Source: Candidatus Collierbacteria bacterium (lineage in GTDB: Bacteria; Patescibacteriota; Microgenomatia; UBA1400; MFAQ01). Taken from it: a stretch of DNA of 64,000 nucleotides. Positions 1 through 10,187 of the stretch are shown here, piece after piece (the first letter of the stretch is position 1; every line of letters starts with the position of its first letter). A program made the position numbers and the translations under genes. The DNA is taken from contig CAISER010000025.1 in assembly GCA_903884375.1 (NCBI GenBank), positions 1,637 through 65,636 on the forward strand, given 5' to 3'. Below the pieces are notes generated by a model. It was not told the origin of the DNA. It made no database searches and saw only the letters and a program-made list of their open reading frames with translations.

Positions 1-336
1 GATTTTGCACAATATACTGCCTATGGAATGGTAAGTGAATTAAATAACTCAAAAAATAAGATCGAAGATAGACTTGGTATCACAATAAATTCAATTTCAT
101 GGCCATTAGAAAGTTGCCCTGTTTTTGCAAGTGACCTGGTTAAAATAGGCTATCGATACGCTTTTGGAGGCTATTCGAGAGATAAAGTAATAGATCTCGC
201 GGTTAAGAAAGCAGACAAAAATCCGTTCTGTTTACCGAGAATTTTTCCTCCTAACGAAGAAGGTATCTCAATGAGGCCAAAAGGTCTCACTCTAAAAGAA
301 ATTATGGAGTTATATATTGGCGAAGAGATATCTTAG
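1..336 (+). CDS. hypothetical protein, 3' portion; reading frame is open to window start so the gene probably begins upstream
   Basis: ORF track 28..336; frame 1 has no stop from position 1; followed by a terminator hairpin; no recognisable family motif. Confidence 0.35.
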   Translation, partial: DFAQYTAYGMVSELNNSKNKIEDRLGITINSISWPLESCPVFASDLVKIGYRYAFGGYSRDKVIDLAVKKADKNPFCLPRIFPPNEEGISMRPKGLTLKEIMELYIGEEIS

Positions 337-344
337 TAAAATTG

Positions 345-392
345 TTAAAAAAATACCCCCGGCGTTTATGCTGGGGGTTTTTGTTTTTTATT
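345..392. terminator. bidirectional intrinsic terminator between convergent genes (stem CCCCCGGC/GCTGGGGG with one G-U pair, loop GTTTAT, A-tract before and T-tract after)
   Basis: sequence aaaaaaataccccc ggcgtttatgc tggggg tttttgtttttta read directly. Confidence 0.5.
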
Positions 393-1101
393 GAAAGGGA
401 CTGCCGTCCTTTACCTCCGCGCCAACGGCATCAAATATGGTGACGTAGAGAAACTCTGGCTTTGACTGCCCTTTAATTTTGGGGTCGAAAGTGGAGAGGT
501 TCCATTTATTATCACCAAGATACTTATACATCCCCGCTACTTGGTGTAGCGTCCTTCCTAAACGAGGGCCTTTTTGCATTGAGGGAACAAATTCTGCAAA
601 AATTGGTTCTCCCTTTTTGTTATAGCCTAATAAGATTACGACATGGCTATATTCATTGTTCCCATTGTGATTAATCCTTGTTTGAAAATAGATTAATGCA
701 CCGGGATTGATACTGCCCCACAATTTTCCATCAAGTAAATCATTAACGGTTACTTTTATTACTTGGTTGGGGACATTTTTTTCTAGCCAAGCGACTTGCA
801 TGACAGTACTTGCCCAAGGAAATTCTTTTACATCTGCATTGGCATAGTCTTCAGGCCGACTGACAGCCAAGCCAAGTTTTTCAATATACCGACTGGCATA
901 GGTACTACAATGGGCATTTTTCTCCCAGTTATACCCTTGGCCGTTGAAGGAATTTGCAGCATCGTTTGCTGCCTTTACAGCCGTCTTTGTGTATCCTTGA
1001 GGGTCATCTACCAAATCGAATGGCAGAAGACCTTGTCCGTGAACTGGACTAGCTGCCGTCAATACAAGCACGGCAACGATAAATATCACTAATTTCCTCA
1101 C
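388..1101 (-). CDS. secreted cysteine peptidase/amidase, CHAP or NlpC-P60-like (putative cell-wall hydrolase)
   Basis: N-terminal signal peptide (MRKLVIFIVAVLVLTAASPVHG); conserved Cys in NAHCSTYASRY and downstream His in YSHVVILLGY typical of CHAP-type Cys-His amidases; family assignment from motif memory only. Confidence 0.45.
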   Translation of the reverse strand: MRKLVIFIVAVLVLTAASPVHGQGLLPFDLVDDPQGYTKTAVKAANDAANSFNGQGYNWEKNAHCSTYASRYIEKLGLAVSRPEDYANADVKEFPWASTVMQVAWLEKNVPNQVIKVTVNDLLDGKLWGSINPGALIYFQTRINHNGNNEYSHVVILLGYNKKGEPIFAEFVPSMQKGPRLGRTLHQVAGMYKYLGDNKWNLSTFDPKIKGQSKPEFLYVTIFDAVGAEVKDGSPFQ

Positions 1102-1283
1102 TTTATCCTCCTTTAAGGTGCTAGTTTTGATTAAACTGCGAGAATTATACCCATTACGAGCTTAATAGTTAACTATATAGGTTATTGCCGAAATTACTCA
1201 AATGCTTGGAAGTGGTGGTTGGTCTGGAAAAATATTATAAAGATAGGTCTTATTATTCGAAATAATTAAGATAAAATTAAATA

Positions 1284-2228
1284 ATGAAAATTTTAGTAAC
1301 AGGAGGCGCCGGTTTTATTGGCTCACATCTTTGTAAAAGATTGTTGGCCGAAGGAAACGAAGTGATTTGTGTAGATAATTTTTTTACCGGACGAATTAAA
1401 AATATAAAGGAATTAAAGAAAACTGACAATTTTTTGGTTGTTAAGCAAGATATTACAAAACCTTTGAAGTTTTCCGGTCTGGATAGAATATACAACTTGG
1501 CTTGTCCGGCTTCTCCTCCTGCTTACCAAAAAGATCCAGTTTTTACTTGGAAAACATGTGTTCTTGGTATGTTGAATGTATTAGAACTGGCAAAGAAAAA
1601 TGACGGTTGTATTGTTTTACAAGCTTCAACATCAGAAGTGTATGGAGATCCCTTGCAACACCCACAAACGGAAAATTATCGTGGAAATGTTAACCCCGTT
1701 GGGATTCGCTCTTGTTATGACGAAGGGAAAAGGGCAGCCGAAACATTGATGATGGATTACCATCGAAAATATAAAATACCGGTAAGGATAATTCGAATAT
1801 TTAATACCTATGGGCCTAATATGGATCCAAAAGACGGCAGAGTGGTAAGTAACTTTGTGGTTCAAGCGTTGACCAACAGAAATATTACGATTTATGGTAA
1901 CGGAACACAAACGAGAAGCTTTCAATATATTGATGATTTACTTGAGGGAATGATAAAAATGATGGAAAACAAAGTTAATTTTTCCGGTCCAGTAAATATT
2001 GGGAATCCGGTAGAGTTTAGTGTAAAAAAATTGGCAATAACTGTTTTACAAATGATCCCTAAATCAAAAAGTAAGATTGTTTATAAAAATATCCCTGATG
2101 ATGATCCAAAACTAAGAAGGCCTGATATCACTTTGGCTAAGGAAAAATTATTATGGGAACCAACCGTAAAATTAGAAGACGGACTGATTCCTACAATCGC
2201 CTATTTCAAGTCTGAAGTGCTGGGGTAA
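1284..2228 (+). CDS. uxs: UDP-glucuronate decarboxylase (UDP-xylose synthase), NAD-dependent SDR epimerase/dehydratase family
   Basis: N-terminal Rossmann motif [14 protein letters not shown], followed by VDNFFTGR, a signature of UXS-type enzymes; 314 aa. Confidence 0.75.
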   Translation: MKILVTGGAGFIGSHLCKRLLAEGNEVICVDNFFTGRIKNIKELKKTDNFLVVKQDITKPLKFSGLDRIYNLACPASPPAYQKDPVFTWKTCVLGMLNVLELAKKNDGCIVLQASTSEVYGDPLQHPQTENYRGNVNPVGIRSCYDEGKRAAETLMMDYHRKYKIPVRIIRIFNTYGPNMDPKDGRVVSNFVVQALTNRNITIYGNGTQTRSFQYIDDLLEGMIKMMENKVNFSGPVNIGNPVEFSVKKLAITVLQMIPKSKSKIVYKNIPDDDPKLRRPDITLAKEKLLWEPTVKLEDGLIPTIAYFKSEVLG

Positions 2229-3133
2229 ATAATTGGTTGGCCATAGTCATATATTTTTATAGGAAAGATTTCTTTTTTGATAAGAATATTGTCTTTGTAG
2301 GTTATTTTTAATATCTCTCCGAGACGGGTTTCGTCTGACCACATTTGATCAAAAATGAGATTCCCGAGAGAGTAATATATTGGTTTTCCTTGATAGATTT
2401 CATCAGTTTGAACCCAGTGAGGATGATGGCCAACAACAATATCAGCACCGGAATCTATTGCAAGATGACCTAGAAATATTTGGCGGTTGTTTGGTTTGTT
2501 TTGATATTCCCATCCCCAGTGGAAGGTAGCAATAACAATATCTGCAGAGAGTGCGGCTTCGGATATTTGAGCCGACATAAAATTTTCGTCTAATTGGGGG
2601 AAATCAGAAAATGATATTAGAGCAATTTTCACATTCTTTACTGTATTAAAGACCGGTTTGCCAAGACCAATCGGGGTGATACCGTTATTGGTGAGTATAG
2701 AGATTGTTTCATCAACTCCTTTTTGTCCCTGATTGCCGATGTGATTATTAGCAAGAGAAGCGAAATCCACTCCAGCGTAAACCAAACCAAATACACTTTT
2801 GGGGTCAGCACAAAAAATCATGCCTTTATCGGTTGGACGACAATCCGTAATAAATGGAGATTCCAAATTGATGATGGATATATCTGCTTCGGATAAAAGT
2901 GAGGTGATATTTTTGAAAGGCCAAGTCGGGTCGGCGTATTTTTGGATACGGGTATTAACGGAACGACCCAGCATAACATCGCCAGTGAATATGAAAGTCA
3001 AGGGGGAAGAAATATTAGGAAAAATTAATTCCGGAAGACGACCGGTGATGGGTAATGGTTTGGCGGAATAAAAAAATATTCCAATAAATAATCCAAGGAT
3101 AAAGAGAAAAAACAGCTTTAAATAACTGCTCAT
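2201..3133 (-). CDS. CapA/PGA_cap-family metallophosphoesterase-like protein with N-terminal membrane anchor
   Basis: motifs [28 protein letters not shown] typical of CapA/YwtB; start chosen at internal ATG ([11 protein letters not shown] helix) preceded by GAGGAT Shine-Dalgarno, because the longer ORF start at 3262 would overlap rpsI; convergent 28 nt overlap with uxs. Confidence 0.65.
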   Translation of the reverse strand: MSSYLKLFFLFILGLFIGIFFYSAKPLPITGRLPELIFPNISSPLTFIFTGDVMLGRSVNTRIQKYADPTWPFKNITSLLSEADISIINLESPFITDCRPTDKGMIFCADPKSVFGLVYAGVDFASLANNHIGNQGQKGVDETISILTNNGITPIGLGKPVFNTVKNVKIALISFSDFPQLDENFMSAQISEAALSADIVIATFHWGWEYQNKPNNRQIFLGHLAIDSGADIVVGHHPHWVQTDEIYQGKPIYYSLGNLIFDQMWSDETRLGEILKITYKDNILIKKEIFPIKIYDYGQPIIYPSTSDLK

Positions 3134-3221
3134 GAGGACATTATCCTCTATTTGATGTTTTAACTCTTTGGAGACTGACCCCGGAGTACCGAGGACGAGT
3201 TGCTCCGCAAGTCGTCCGAAA

Positions 3222-3701
3222 TTAACGTTTCGGACTTTGTTTCTTGGCACGAGCACGACCACCTTGACCGGCTTTTCTGGTTTCTTTCATTCGAGGATCA
3301 CGAGTAAGGAAGCCCTTGTCACGCATTAATTTTTTATATTTTTCCGAATCAGCTTTAACTAACGCTCTACCAATACCATGCATAATAGCTTCTGCTTGGC
3401 TCATAATGCCGGATCCAGCAACTTTGATCGAACCAGTATATTGACCAAGAACATCAGCAATCACAAATGGGGAGTGAATCATTTTTTTGATAGTTTCTCC
3501 TTTGAAGTAGGTGGAGAGGGGTTTGCCATTAATCGTAAGCTCTTGTTTACCTGGCCAGATTCGAACACGAGCAATCGCAGTTTTACGCCGACCAACAGCC
3601 GAAAAATAATCTTTGGGCATAGCCAAAAGCCCTTTTTTAACCGGTGTTGTTTTGACCGGTTTGATAGCTACTTTGGATTTTTTGGTTAGTTTTTGTGCCA
3701 T
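3222..3701 (-). CDS. rpsI: 30S ribosomal protein S9 (with lysine-rich N-terminal extension)
   Basis: GRRKTAIARV core and C-terminal KKQSPKR; follows rplM with 2 nt gap. Confidence 0.92.
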   Translation of the reverse strand: MAQKLTKKSKVAIKPVKTTPVKKGLLAMPKDYFSAVGRRKTAIARVRIWPGKQELTINGKPLSTYFKGETIKKMIHSPFVIADVLGQYTGSIKVAGSGIMSQAEAIMHGIGRALVKADSEKYKKLMRDKGFLTRDPRMKETRKAGQGGRARAKKQSPKR

Positions 3702-3703
3702 AT

Positions 3704-4138
3704 TTATTTTGCGGGTTTTTTGTTAAGACCAAGTTCTTGAGAATAGGGATGTTTATCATCAATGAAGATTTTTAAGCGACGTTGTCTTGTTTGTTGGTGT
3801 TTGTCTTTTGGAAGCATACCCTTGATAGCTTTTTCGATAACTTTTCGTGAGTCTTTAGCCATAAGTTGCTCAAGGGAAATTTCTTTGAGACCACCAGGAA
3901 AACCGGAGTGAGAATAATAAATTTTATCAGTTAGTTTTTTGCCGGTAACTTTAATTTTGTCGGAGTTTATGGCGACAACGTAATCACCTTGATCTAGATG
4001 AGAACCATTTAAGGCCTTACCTTTACCCATTAATAGTGTGGCAATTTTAACAGCAGCACGTCCAAGAATCTGGCCATCGAGATCAATAAGATGCCATGTT
4101 CTTTTAATATCTTGAGGTTTTAGCGTAGTTGTTTTCAT
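3704..4138 (-). CDS. rplM: 50S ribosomal protein L13
   Basis: N-terminus KTTTLKPQDIKRTWHLIDLDGQILGR matches L13. Confidence 0.93.
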   Translation of the reverse strand: MKTTTLKPQDIKRTWHLIDLDGQILGRAAVKIATLLMGKGKALNGSHLDQGDYVVAINSDKIKVTGKKLTDKIYYSHSGFPGGLKEISLEQLMAKDSRKVIEKAIKGMLPKDKHQQTRQRRLKIFIDDKHPYSQELGLNKKPAK

Positions 4139-4143
4139 AAAGG

Positions 4144-4602
4144 TTATTTAGCTTTTTTTTCTTTTTTGACAACTTTTTTGTCTTCTTTTTCCTGAGTGAC
4201 TTTAGTTTTTTTATCTATCACTTTTTTCTCAACAACCGGCGGCATAGCCATCAAACTTAGAGTGGCAATGGAAGTGGCATCACCTTTTTGAATGGACACT
4301 TTTTGGATGGTGGTAAAACCACTTTTGCGAGTACCCATAACCGGGATAATGGCATCGATAAGTTTGTTAGCTGACTTTGGTGAACCGAGAGCAGCGGCGA
4401 CATTTCGACGAGATGCGAGTGTCCCCTCTGTAGCTTTGGCGGCAAGTTTATCAAACAATCTCTTGATTATTTTAGCTTTGGTGACCGTAGTTGTTAGTTT
4501 TCCATTTTCAATGAGTGAACGTAACTGAACCCTAAACAAGGATTTTCTTGAATTTGAGTCACGGTTGAGTTTGGAAATGATTGAGTGATGACGTCGTCCC
4601 AT
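4144..4602 (-). CDS. rplQ: 50S ribosomal protein L17 (lysine-rich C-terminal tail)
   Basis: MGRRHHSIISKLNRDSNSRKSLFR L17 N-terminus; position after rpoA. Confidence 0.9.
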   Translation of the reverse strand: MGRRHHSIISKLNRDSNSRKSLFRVQLRSLIENGKLTTTVTKAKIIKRLFDKLAAKATEGTLASRRNVAAALGSPKSANKLIDAIIPVMGTRKSGFTTIQKVSIQKGDATSIATLSLMAMPPVVEKKVIDKKTKVTQEKEDKKVVKKEKKAK

Positions 4603-4604
4603 AT

Positions 4605-5507
4605 TTATTCAATAGTAATGCCCTTTTCACCAGCTTTTTCAATAACCTGCAAAGCAGATTTTTCGCCTAAGTTTTTGACTTTTTTGAGGTCAACCAGTGA
4701 GAGAGCTTTAAGATCTGATAATTTGTTGATATCGGCTTTTTTAAGAGCATTGAGAACACGTGTCGGAAGATCAAGATCGTCTACGAAACCAGCGGTTTCA
4801 ATGATTGATTTTGATTTTACTTCCTTGATATAGGCTTGTTCGGAGTTGACATAGTCAAAGAAACTAGTAAGTATACGGGCAGCTCCTTTTACCGCTTCTT
4901 CCGGGGTGATCGTACCATTGGTTGTAAGAGCCAAACGAACCTTGTCATAATTACTGGAACGACCGACACGGGCAGCTTCGATTGTATAGTTGGCTTTGAT
5001 TACTGGTGAGAAAGAAGAATCTAAGGGAATGACACCAATTTCATCGGTAGCATTGTCTTCTGCAGCAACATAACCCATGCCTTTAGCAACAGTCACTATG
5101 GCTGAAAGTTTGGCTTTGGCTGATGTCAAATGACAGAGAATTGTGTTGGGGTTGGCTAAAGAAACATTGGCAGGGAGATCCAAATCCGACGCTTTAACAA
5201 TGGTTTGTCCTGAAGCTTTGAGCTTAATTTCTACCGGCTCATCGGAGTCAACCTGAAAATTTAGTGTTTTTAAATTGAGGATTAATTCCAAAACATCCTC
5301 TTTCATACCTGAAAGGGTGGAGAATTGATGTGTGATCCCGTCAATTTTGACACGAATAGCGGCTCCTCCTTCAAGAGAGGTTAGTAAAACACGACGAAGA
5401 GCATTACCAAGAGTATGACCAAAGTTTTGTGGAAGCGGTTCGATAATAACTTCGGCGGTGTTAACAGCGATATCTTTGACTGAAACTTTGAAATTTGGTT
5501 CTAACAT
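4605..5507 (-). CDS. rpoA: DNA-directed RNA polymerase subunit alpha
   Basis: N-terminal domain GHTLGNALRRVLL and C-terminal alpha-CTD; canonical position S4-rpoA-L17. Confidence 0.93.
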   Translation of the reverse strand: MLEPNFKVSVKDIAVNTAEVIIEPLPQNFGHTLGNALRRVLLTSLEGGAAIRVKIDGITHQFSTLSGMKEDVLELILNLKTLNFQVDSDEPVEIKLKASGQTIVKASDLDLPANVSLANPNTILCHLTSAKAKLSAIVTVAKGMGYVAAEDNATDEIGVIPLDSSFSPVIKANYTIEAARVGRSSNYDKVRLALTTNGTITPEEAVKGAARILTSFFDYVNSEQAYIKEVKSKSIIETAGFVDDLDLPTRVLNALKKADINKLSDLKALSLVDLKKVKNLGEKSALQVIEKAGEKGITIE

Positions 5508-5537
5508 TTTCTTTTGTTTTTTTAATTACTAAATTAA

Positions 5538-6161
5538 TTACCTTGAGTAGAACTCGATAATGAGATTTTCTTTAATATCACTGCCAATCTCATCACGAGT
5601 AGGAAGACGATCAATTTTACCTTCGGCTCCTTTTTTGGATAACCATTTGGCTGGGACGTTTTTTTCGGTCAGGTTGGGAGAGACAAAAGCAAATTTAGTG
5701 GATTTTTCAGAAAGTTTAATTGTTTGACCTGGTTTGGTAATGTATGAGGCAATATCGACTTTTTTGCCATCGACAGTGACATTCCCGTGAGTAACAAGCT
5801 GACGAGCCAAAGAACGGCTAGAAACAAATCCCAGACGGAAAATTATGTTATCCAAACGGGACTCGAGAAGTTGCATGAGAACTTCTCCGGTATTTTGAGC
5901 TGACTTAATAGCTGTTTCGTAGTAAGTGTGAAATTGATTTTCCAAAATTCCATATGAACGTTTGGCTTTTTGTTTCTCACGAAGTTGGATACCATATCCT
6001 GATAGACGGCCATGAGATCTTTTTTTACCATGTTGACCAGGAATTTGGGCACCTTTTTTTTCAATAGGACATTTGGGAGAGAAACAACGCTCTCCTTTTA
6101 GATAAAGTTTGACGCCTTCACGGCGACAAAGTCTGCATTTGGGGTCGATATATTTAGCCAT
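5538..6161 (-). CDS. rpsD: 30S ribosomal protein S4
   Basis: N-terminal CxxC...CxxC zinc knuckle (CRLCRREG...CFSPKC) and S4 domain. Confidence 0.93.
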   Translation of the reverse strand: MAKYIDPKCRLCRREGVKLYLKGERCFSPKCPIEKKGAQIPGQHGKKRSHGRLSGYGIQLREKQKAKRSYGILENQFHTYYETAIKSAQNTGEVLMQLLESRLDNIIFRLGFVSSRSLARQLVTHGNVTVDGKKVDIASYITKPGQTIKLSEKSTKFAFVSPNLTEKNVPAKWLSKKGAEGKIDRLPTRDEIGSDIKENLIIEFYSR

Positions 6162-6182
6162 GTTTTGTTTTCGTATTATTTA

Positions 6183-6635
6183 TTAGACTCTTCTAGTTTT
6201 CTTTGGACGACAACCGTTGTGAGGAATAGGAGTGGTGTCGGCGAGTATATTAATTTCGATACCTGCAGTTTTGAGGACACGAAGGGCGGCATCTTTGCCT
6301 GGGCCTGGGCCTTTGAGGAAAACATCGACTGAAGTAAGACCTAAAGATTTGGCTTTTCTGGTGCCTTCTTCGATAATGGTGGTAGCTGCAAAAGGAGTTG
6401 AGCGTTTGGCACCTTTAAAACCACAAGTCCCAGCAGAACTCCAACAGATGACATCTCCATTCATATTAGTGAAGGAAACATAGGTTGTATTGAAAGTTGA
6501 TTTCACGTACATTTTTCCTTGACCACTTTTGAAATGAACTGCAGAAGCCTTTTTCCCCTTGGAAGTTATTTTGGTGGCAGGTTCAACAGTTACCGGTTCG
6601 GTTATGGTTGGTTCGATTGTTTTTGTTTCTGGCAT
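6183..6635 (-). CDS. rpsK: 30S ribosomal protein S11
   Basis: conserved S11 core; position S13-S11-S4. Confidence 0.92.
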   Translation of the reverse strand: MPETKTIEPTITEPVTVEPATKITSKGKKASAVHFKSGQGKMYVKSTFNTTYVSFTNMNGDVICWSSAGTCGFKGAKRSTPFAATTIIEEGTRKAKSLGLTSVDVFLKGPGPGKDAALRVLKTAGIEINILADTTPIPHNGCRPKKTRRV

Positions 6636-6644
6636 GTTAGTTAT

Positions 6645-7049
6645 TTATTTCTTGGTTGCTGAGGCTTCTGTCTTGGTAGCGTCTTCTTTGGAAATGGCAC
6701 CAATCGTTTTTCTCTTTCCTTTACGGGTACGAGCATTGGTACGAGTTCTCTGACCATGAACAGGAAGACCCATGGTGTGACGAAGACCACGATAAGCTTG
6801 AATTCGTTTTAGAGTTTCGATGTTGTCGCGGACTATTTTTCGAAGTTCACCTTCGGTAGGAAGAGCTTCAATGGCGGCTTGGATACTCTTGAACTCATCC
6901 GAGGTTAGGTTTTTGGTTCTAATGTTGGGATCAACTTTGGCTGTCTTGAGAATATCTTTAGCAACTTTGTCGCCAATGCCAAAAATATAAGTAAGAGCAA
7001 TGTCTATTCTTTTTTCGTTTGGGATATCGATACCGGCAATTCTAGGCAT
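6645..7049 (-). CDS. rpsM: 30S ribosomal protein S13
   Basis: MPRIAGIDIPNEKRIDIALTYIFGIG S13 N-terminus. Confidence 0.94.
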   Translation of the reverse strand: MPRIAGIDIPNEKRIDIALTYIFGIGDKVAKDILKTAKVDPNIRTKNLTSDEFKSIQAAIEALPTEGELRKIVRDNIETLKRIQAYRGLRHTMGLPVHGQRTRTNARTRKGKRKTIGAISKEDATKTEASATKK

Positions 7050-7062
7050 ATTTTATTTTTAG

Positions 7063-7176
7063 TTATCCTTGACGCTGTTTATGGCGTGGGTTGGTACAAA
7101 TAATGAACACCTTCCCATGGCGTTTAATAATTTTGCAGTTTTTGCATCTGGGTCTGACTGACGATTGAACGCGCAT
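7063..7176 (-). CDS. rpmJ: 50S ribosomal protein L36
   Basis: not in ORF track (below size cutoff); hand translation of minus strand gives [37 protein letters not shown], the L36 zinc-ribbon consensus. Confidence 0.88.
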   Translation of the reverse strand: MRVQSSVRPRCKNCKIIKRHGKVFIICTNPRHKQRQG

Positions 7177-7241
7177 GCGTGTTTAGTATTTAGTTAATAA
7201 ATAGTTTTTGTATTATAAAGCAAACGGGGAGTTGAAATAGG

Positions 7242-7460
7242 TCAACCTTGCCGATAAGTGATTCTGCCTTTGTCGGTGTCGTAAGGGCTCATTTCAACCT
7301 TTACTTTGTCACCGGGCATTACACGAATGCGATATAGTCGCATTTTACCTGCAAGATGAGCCAAGATTTCTCTGCCGTCTTCGAGAGTTACCCGAAATTG
7401 TGTGTTGGGTAAAGCTTCGGAAACGACTCCGTTTACCTCAGTCATCTGGTTTTTAGCCAT
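7242..7460 (-). CDS. infA: translation initiation factor IF-1
   Basis: [42 protein letters not shown]1-like IF-1; start trimmed to the MAKNQ ATG. Confidence 0.9.
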   Translation of the reverse strand: MAKNQMTEVNGVVSEALPNTQFRVTLEDGREILAHLAGKMRLYRIRVMPGDKVKVEMSPYDTDKGRITYRQG

Positions 7461-7591
7461 ATTTTGTTGTACGAGCGTTATTGTATCAAATATAGGCATG
7501 TTTTGCTAGTGCCTTTTTGATACCGCTTTATTGGTTTGATTTTACTATAATTCCCTAAAAAATAGCCATCTCATTTAGGGATAATTATTAA

Positions 7592-8326
7592 TTATTTTAT
7601 GCCTGTGAGAACGAGTGGTCCATTGGCGGTAAGATAGACTGTTTCTTCATAATAGCCTGTAATGGATTTATCTTGGGTTGAAAGTGTCCAACCATCAGGA
7701 TCTTCAACCAAGTGCGAATCTCCCATGGCATACATAGCCTCAATAGCGATTGTTTGGTCTGTTTGGAGTATGTCTTTTTTGTTTTGATTGTCGGCAAACA
7801 CCGGGATGTAGGGATCCATGTGTAGTTTGCGGCCAATCCCATGACCTGTGAGGTCACGAATGACACTATAACCCCCAGCTTCGATAATTTGCTGCATAGC
7901 CAGACTTATATCAAAAACGGAGTTGCCTGGGAGAGCCATGGTTATGGCTTTTTGGAGAGCTTTTTGACCTATTTCAAGGAATTGGCTGATTTTGATATCT
8001 TTTGGCTCGATTTGAACCGTAATGGCAGTATCAAGATGATAACCATTATGGAAAAGTCCCATATCGATTTTGACAACATCACCGGGCTTGAAGGGGGTGG
8101 CATTTGGAATTCCGTGGACCATGCCTTCATTAATATTGATACAAGTAGCATGGTGGTAGCCTGGTTCCATTTTGAAAGAGGCTTTGTCACCACCTTCAGT
8201 AATCAATTTATCAGCCAACGCTTCAATTTCAATTGGAGTGATTCCGACTTTTGCGGCTTTTACAAGCTGAGTTTTAATCTCGGCAAGTCGGGCGCCACCT
8301 TCAGTCATAGCTTCCAACTTTGTCAT
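7592..8326 (-). CDS. map: methionine aminopeptidase type I
   Basis: pita-bread fold metal ligand motifs; canonical position after adk. Confidence 0.9.
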   Translation of the reverse strand: MTKLEAMTEGGARLAEIKTQLVKAAKVGITPIEIEALADKLITEGGDKASFKMEPGYHHATCININEGMVHGIPNATPFKPGDVVKIDMGLFHNGYHLDTAITVQIEPKDIKISQFLEIGQKALQKAITMALPGNSVFDISLAMQQIIEAGGYSVIRDLTGHGIGRKLHMDPYIPVFADNQNKKDILQTDQTIAIEAMYAMGDSHLVEDPDGWTLSTQDKSITGYYEETVYLTANGPLVLTGIK

Positions 8327-8886
8327 TTTATTATTGTCAATTTACTAACAATATCATTGAAAATGGTCTGGATATCCGGTGTTCCATCTATTACCAAGAG
8401 TTTTCCTTGAGAACGATAATTTTCGATAATAGGAAGTGTAGTTTCTTCGTAAATTTTAAGTCTTTCGTTAATGGCGATTGGAGTGTCGTCTGTACGGTGT
8501 TCGATTTCGGCTCTTTTTCCGAGACGACGGAGACTTTCTTCTTTGGGAATTTCCAATAATATTACTTTGTCGATTTCGATTTTCTTTTCTTTAAAAAATG
8601 AATTCAAATACTCCGCTTGTTGAGAATCGCGGGGCGTTCCATCCAAAACAAAACCGGAAATAGCAGATAACAGTGCCGGTTCAAGAACTGAAACGATAGT
8701 TTCAAAAGGCATAAGTTTACCTGTTGTTAGAATTTTGGCAATAATTTTGCCTTTTTCTGAACCACTTTCCGCTTCATTTCGCAATAGTTCACCAGTAGAA
8801 ATGTGTTTTAGACCAAATTTTTCTGAAAGTAGTTTGGCTTGAGTGCCTTTGCCAGAGCCTTGGGGACCTAAGATTATTAAATTCAT
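8323..8886 (-). CDS. adk: adenylate kinase (short form, no zinc LID insertion)
   Basis: P-loop ILGPQGSGKGTQA and position secY-adk-map. Confidence 0.92.
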   Translation of the reverse strand: MNLIILGPQGSGKGTQAKLLSEKFGLKHISTGELLRNEAESGSEKGKIIAKILTTGKLMPFETIVSVLEPALLSAISGFVLDGTPRDSQQAEYLNSFFKEKKIEIDKVILLEIPKEESLRRLGKRAEIEHRTDDTPIAINERLKIYEETTLPIIENYRSQGKLLVIDGTPDIQTIFNDIVSKLTIIK

Positions 8887-8887
8887 T

Positions 8888-10174
8888 CTAATCCAAGAAT
8901 TTATCGTAACTGTACATGAAAAGTTGAGAGTTGATGGTTTTTAAAATCTCAAGAACAACCGAGACAACGATGAGAATGCTGGTACCGCCAATGGCTAACG
9001 ATGCTATACCAGTAAAGCCTGACATTATCGAGGGAAGAATGGCAACCAATCCGAGAAAACTGGCGCCAACCAAAGTAATACGGGTGAGAACAAAATTAAG
9101 ATAGTCTACGGTATTTGGGCCTGGTCTGATTCCCGGAATAAACGAGCCGGAAGAACGAAGATCTTTGGCAATTTTTTCCGGATTGAATACAACGGCAGTA
9201 TAGAAATAGGTAAAAGCAACAACAAGAACAAAGTAAAGAATATTGTAGAGAGCAGAACTGGGAGTAAGAAGACGACTAATCGTGGTAGCAAAACCAGCAA
9301 GAGCAGGTTGATTTACCCTACCCAATATCTGACTAAGCATCCCCGGAATAAGCATAAAAGAAACTGCAAAGATGATGGGAATAACACCGGCTTGGTTTAA
9401 ACGAAGAGGTAAATGAGAACTGGCGACAGCACTGTATGACGAAGAACCTCCACGACGAGCCGACTGAATAGGAATTTCACGAACTGCTTCTCCGGTTCTC
9501 ACAATCGCATAGATAGCGGCGATAGCAAAAATAAGAAAAATTAGATAGGAAAATATTTTAGTCTGATCTATAGTAGTAAGAGTTTGCATAAGATTTATCG
9601 GAATACGACTAACGATGCCAACAAAGATAATTAAACTAATACCGTTTCCCAGACCGTAATCGTTTAACTGTTCACCCATCCAAATAAGGAGAGAGGTTCC
9701 GGCGGCTAAGGTAAAAACGATTGAAGCCAGTTGTAGAGGATCTACTGTAGTAGTTAATCCCTGCTTTTGAAGAAGAAAAATAAGTGCTATACCTTGAAGA
9801 AAACAGAGAGGAATAGTGAGAAGACGAGTATATTGATTAATTTTTTGACGACCATAATCCCCTTCTTTTTGAAGAGCTTCAAGCTTGGGGATAACCATGC
9901 CGAGCATCTGGAAAATAATTGAGGCGTTGATGTAAGGGTTTAGACCAAGGGCCATAATGGAAAAGTTACCTAAAGTGCCACCAGAAAAGACGTCAAGAAG
10001 TGAGAGAAAGGCAGAGGAATTGAACATCTCTTTGAGGGCAGCGAGATTGATCCCTGGTGCCGGAACGTGGGCTACCAGGCGGAAAATAGCGATGATTATG
10101 GCAGTAAAAATTAGACGATTGCGTAGCTCTTTGATTTTTATGAGAGCACGTAGCGGAGCTAATATATTATTCAT
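8888..10174 (-). CDS. secY: preprotein translocase subunit SecY
   Basis: 10 TM helices, conserved IPxPGI; start set at ATG (MNNILAPLRALIKIKELRNRL), the ORF-track start at 10204 is a TTG. Confidence 0.93.
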   Translation of the reverse strand: MNNILAPLRALIKIKELRNRLIFTAIIIAIFRLVAHVPAPGINLAALKEMFNSSAFLSLLDVFSGGTLGNFSIMALGLNPYINASIIFQMLGMVIPKLEALQKEGDYGRQKINQYTRLLTIPLCFLQGIALIFLLQKQGLTTTVDPLQLASIVFTLAAGTSLLIWMGEQLNDYGLGNGISLIIFVGIVSRIPINLMQTLTTIDQTKIFSYLIFLIFAIAAIYAIVRTGEAVREIPIQSARRGGSSSYSAVASSHLPLRLNQAGVIPIIFAVSFMLIPGMLSQILGRVNQPALAGFATTISRLLTPSSALYNILYFVLVVAFTYFYTAVVFNPEKIAKDLRSSGSFIPGIRPGPNTVDYLNFVLTRITLVGASFLGLVAILPSIMSGFTGIASLAIGGTSILIVVSVVLEILKTINSQLFMYSYDKFLD

Positions 10175-10187
10175 TGGTTTTATTTTA

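Noticed and set aside
1277-1495. 72-aa minus-strand ORF overlapping the uxs start
   Set aside because: Antisense to the well-supported uxs N-terminus.
7841-8410. 189-aa plus-strand ORF
   Set aside because: Lies antisense within map/adk, which have unambiguous homology; Asn/Phe-rich low-complexity translation typical of a shadow ORF.
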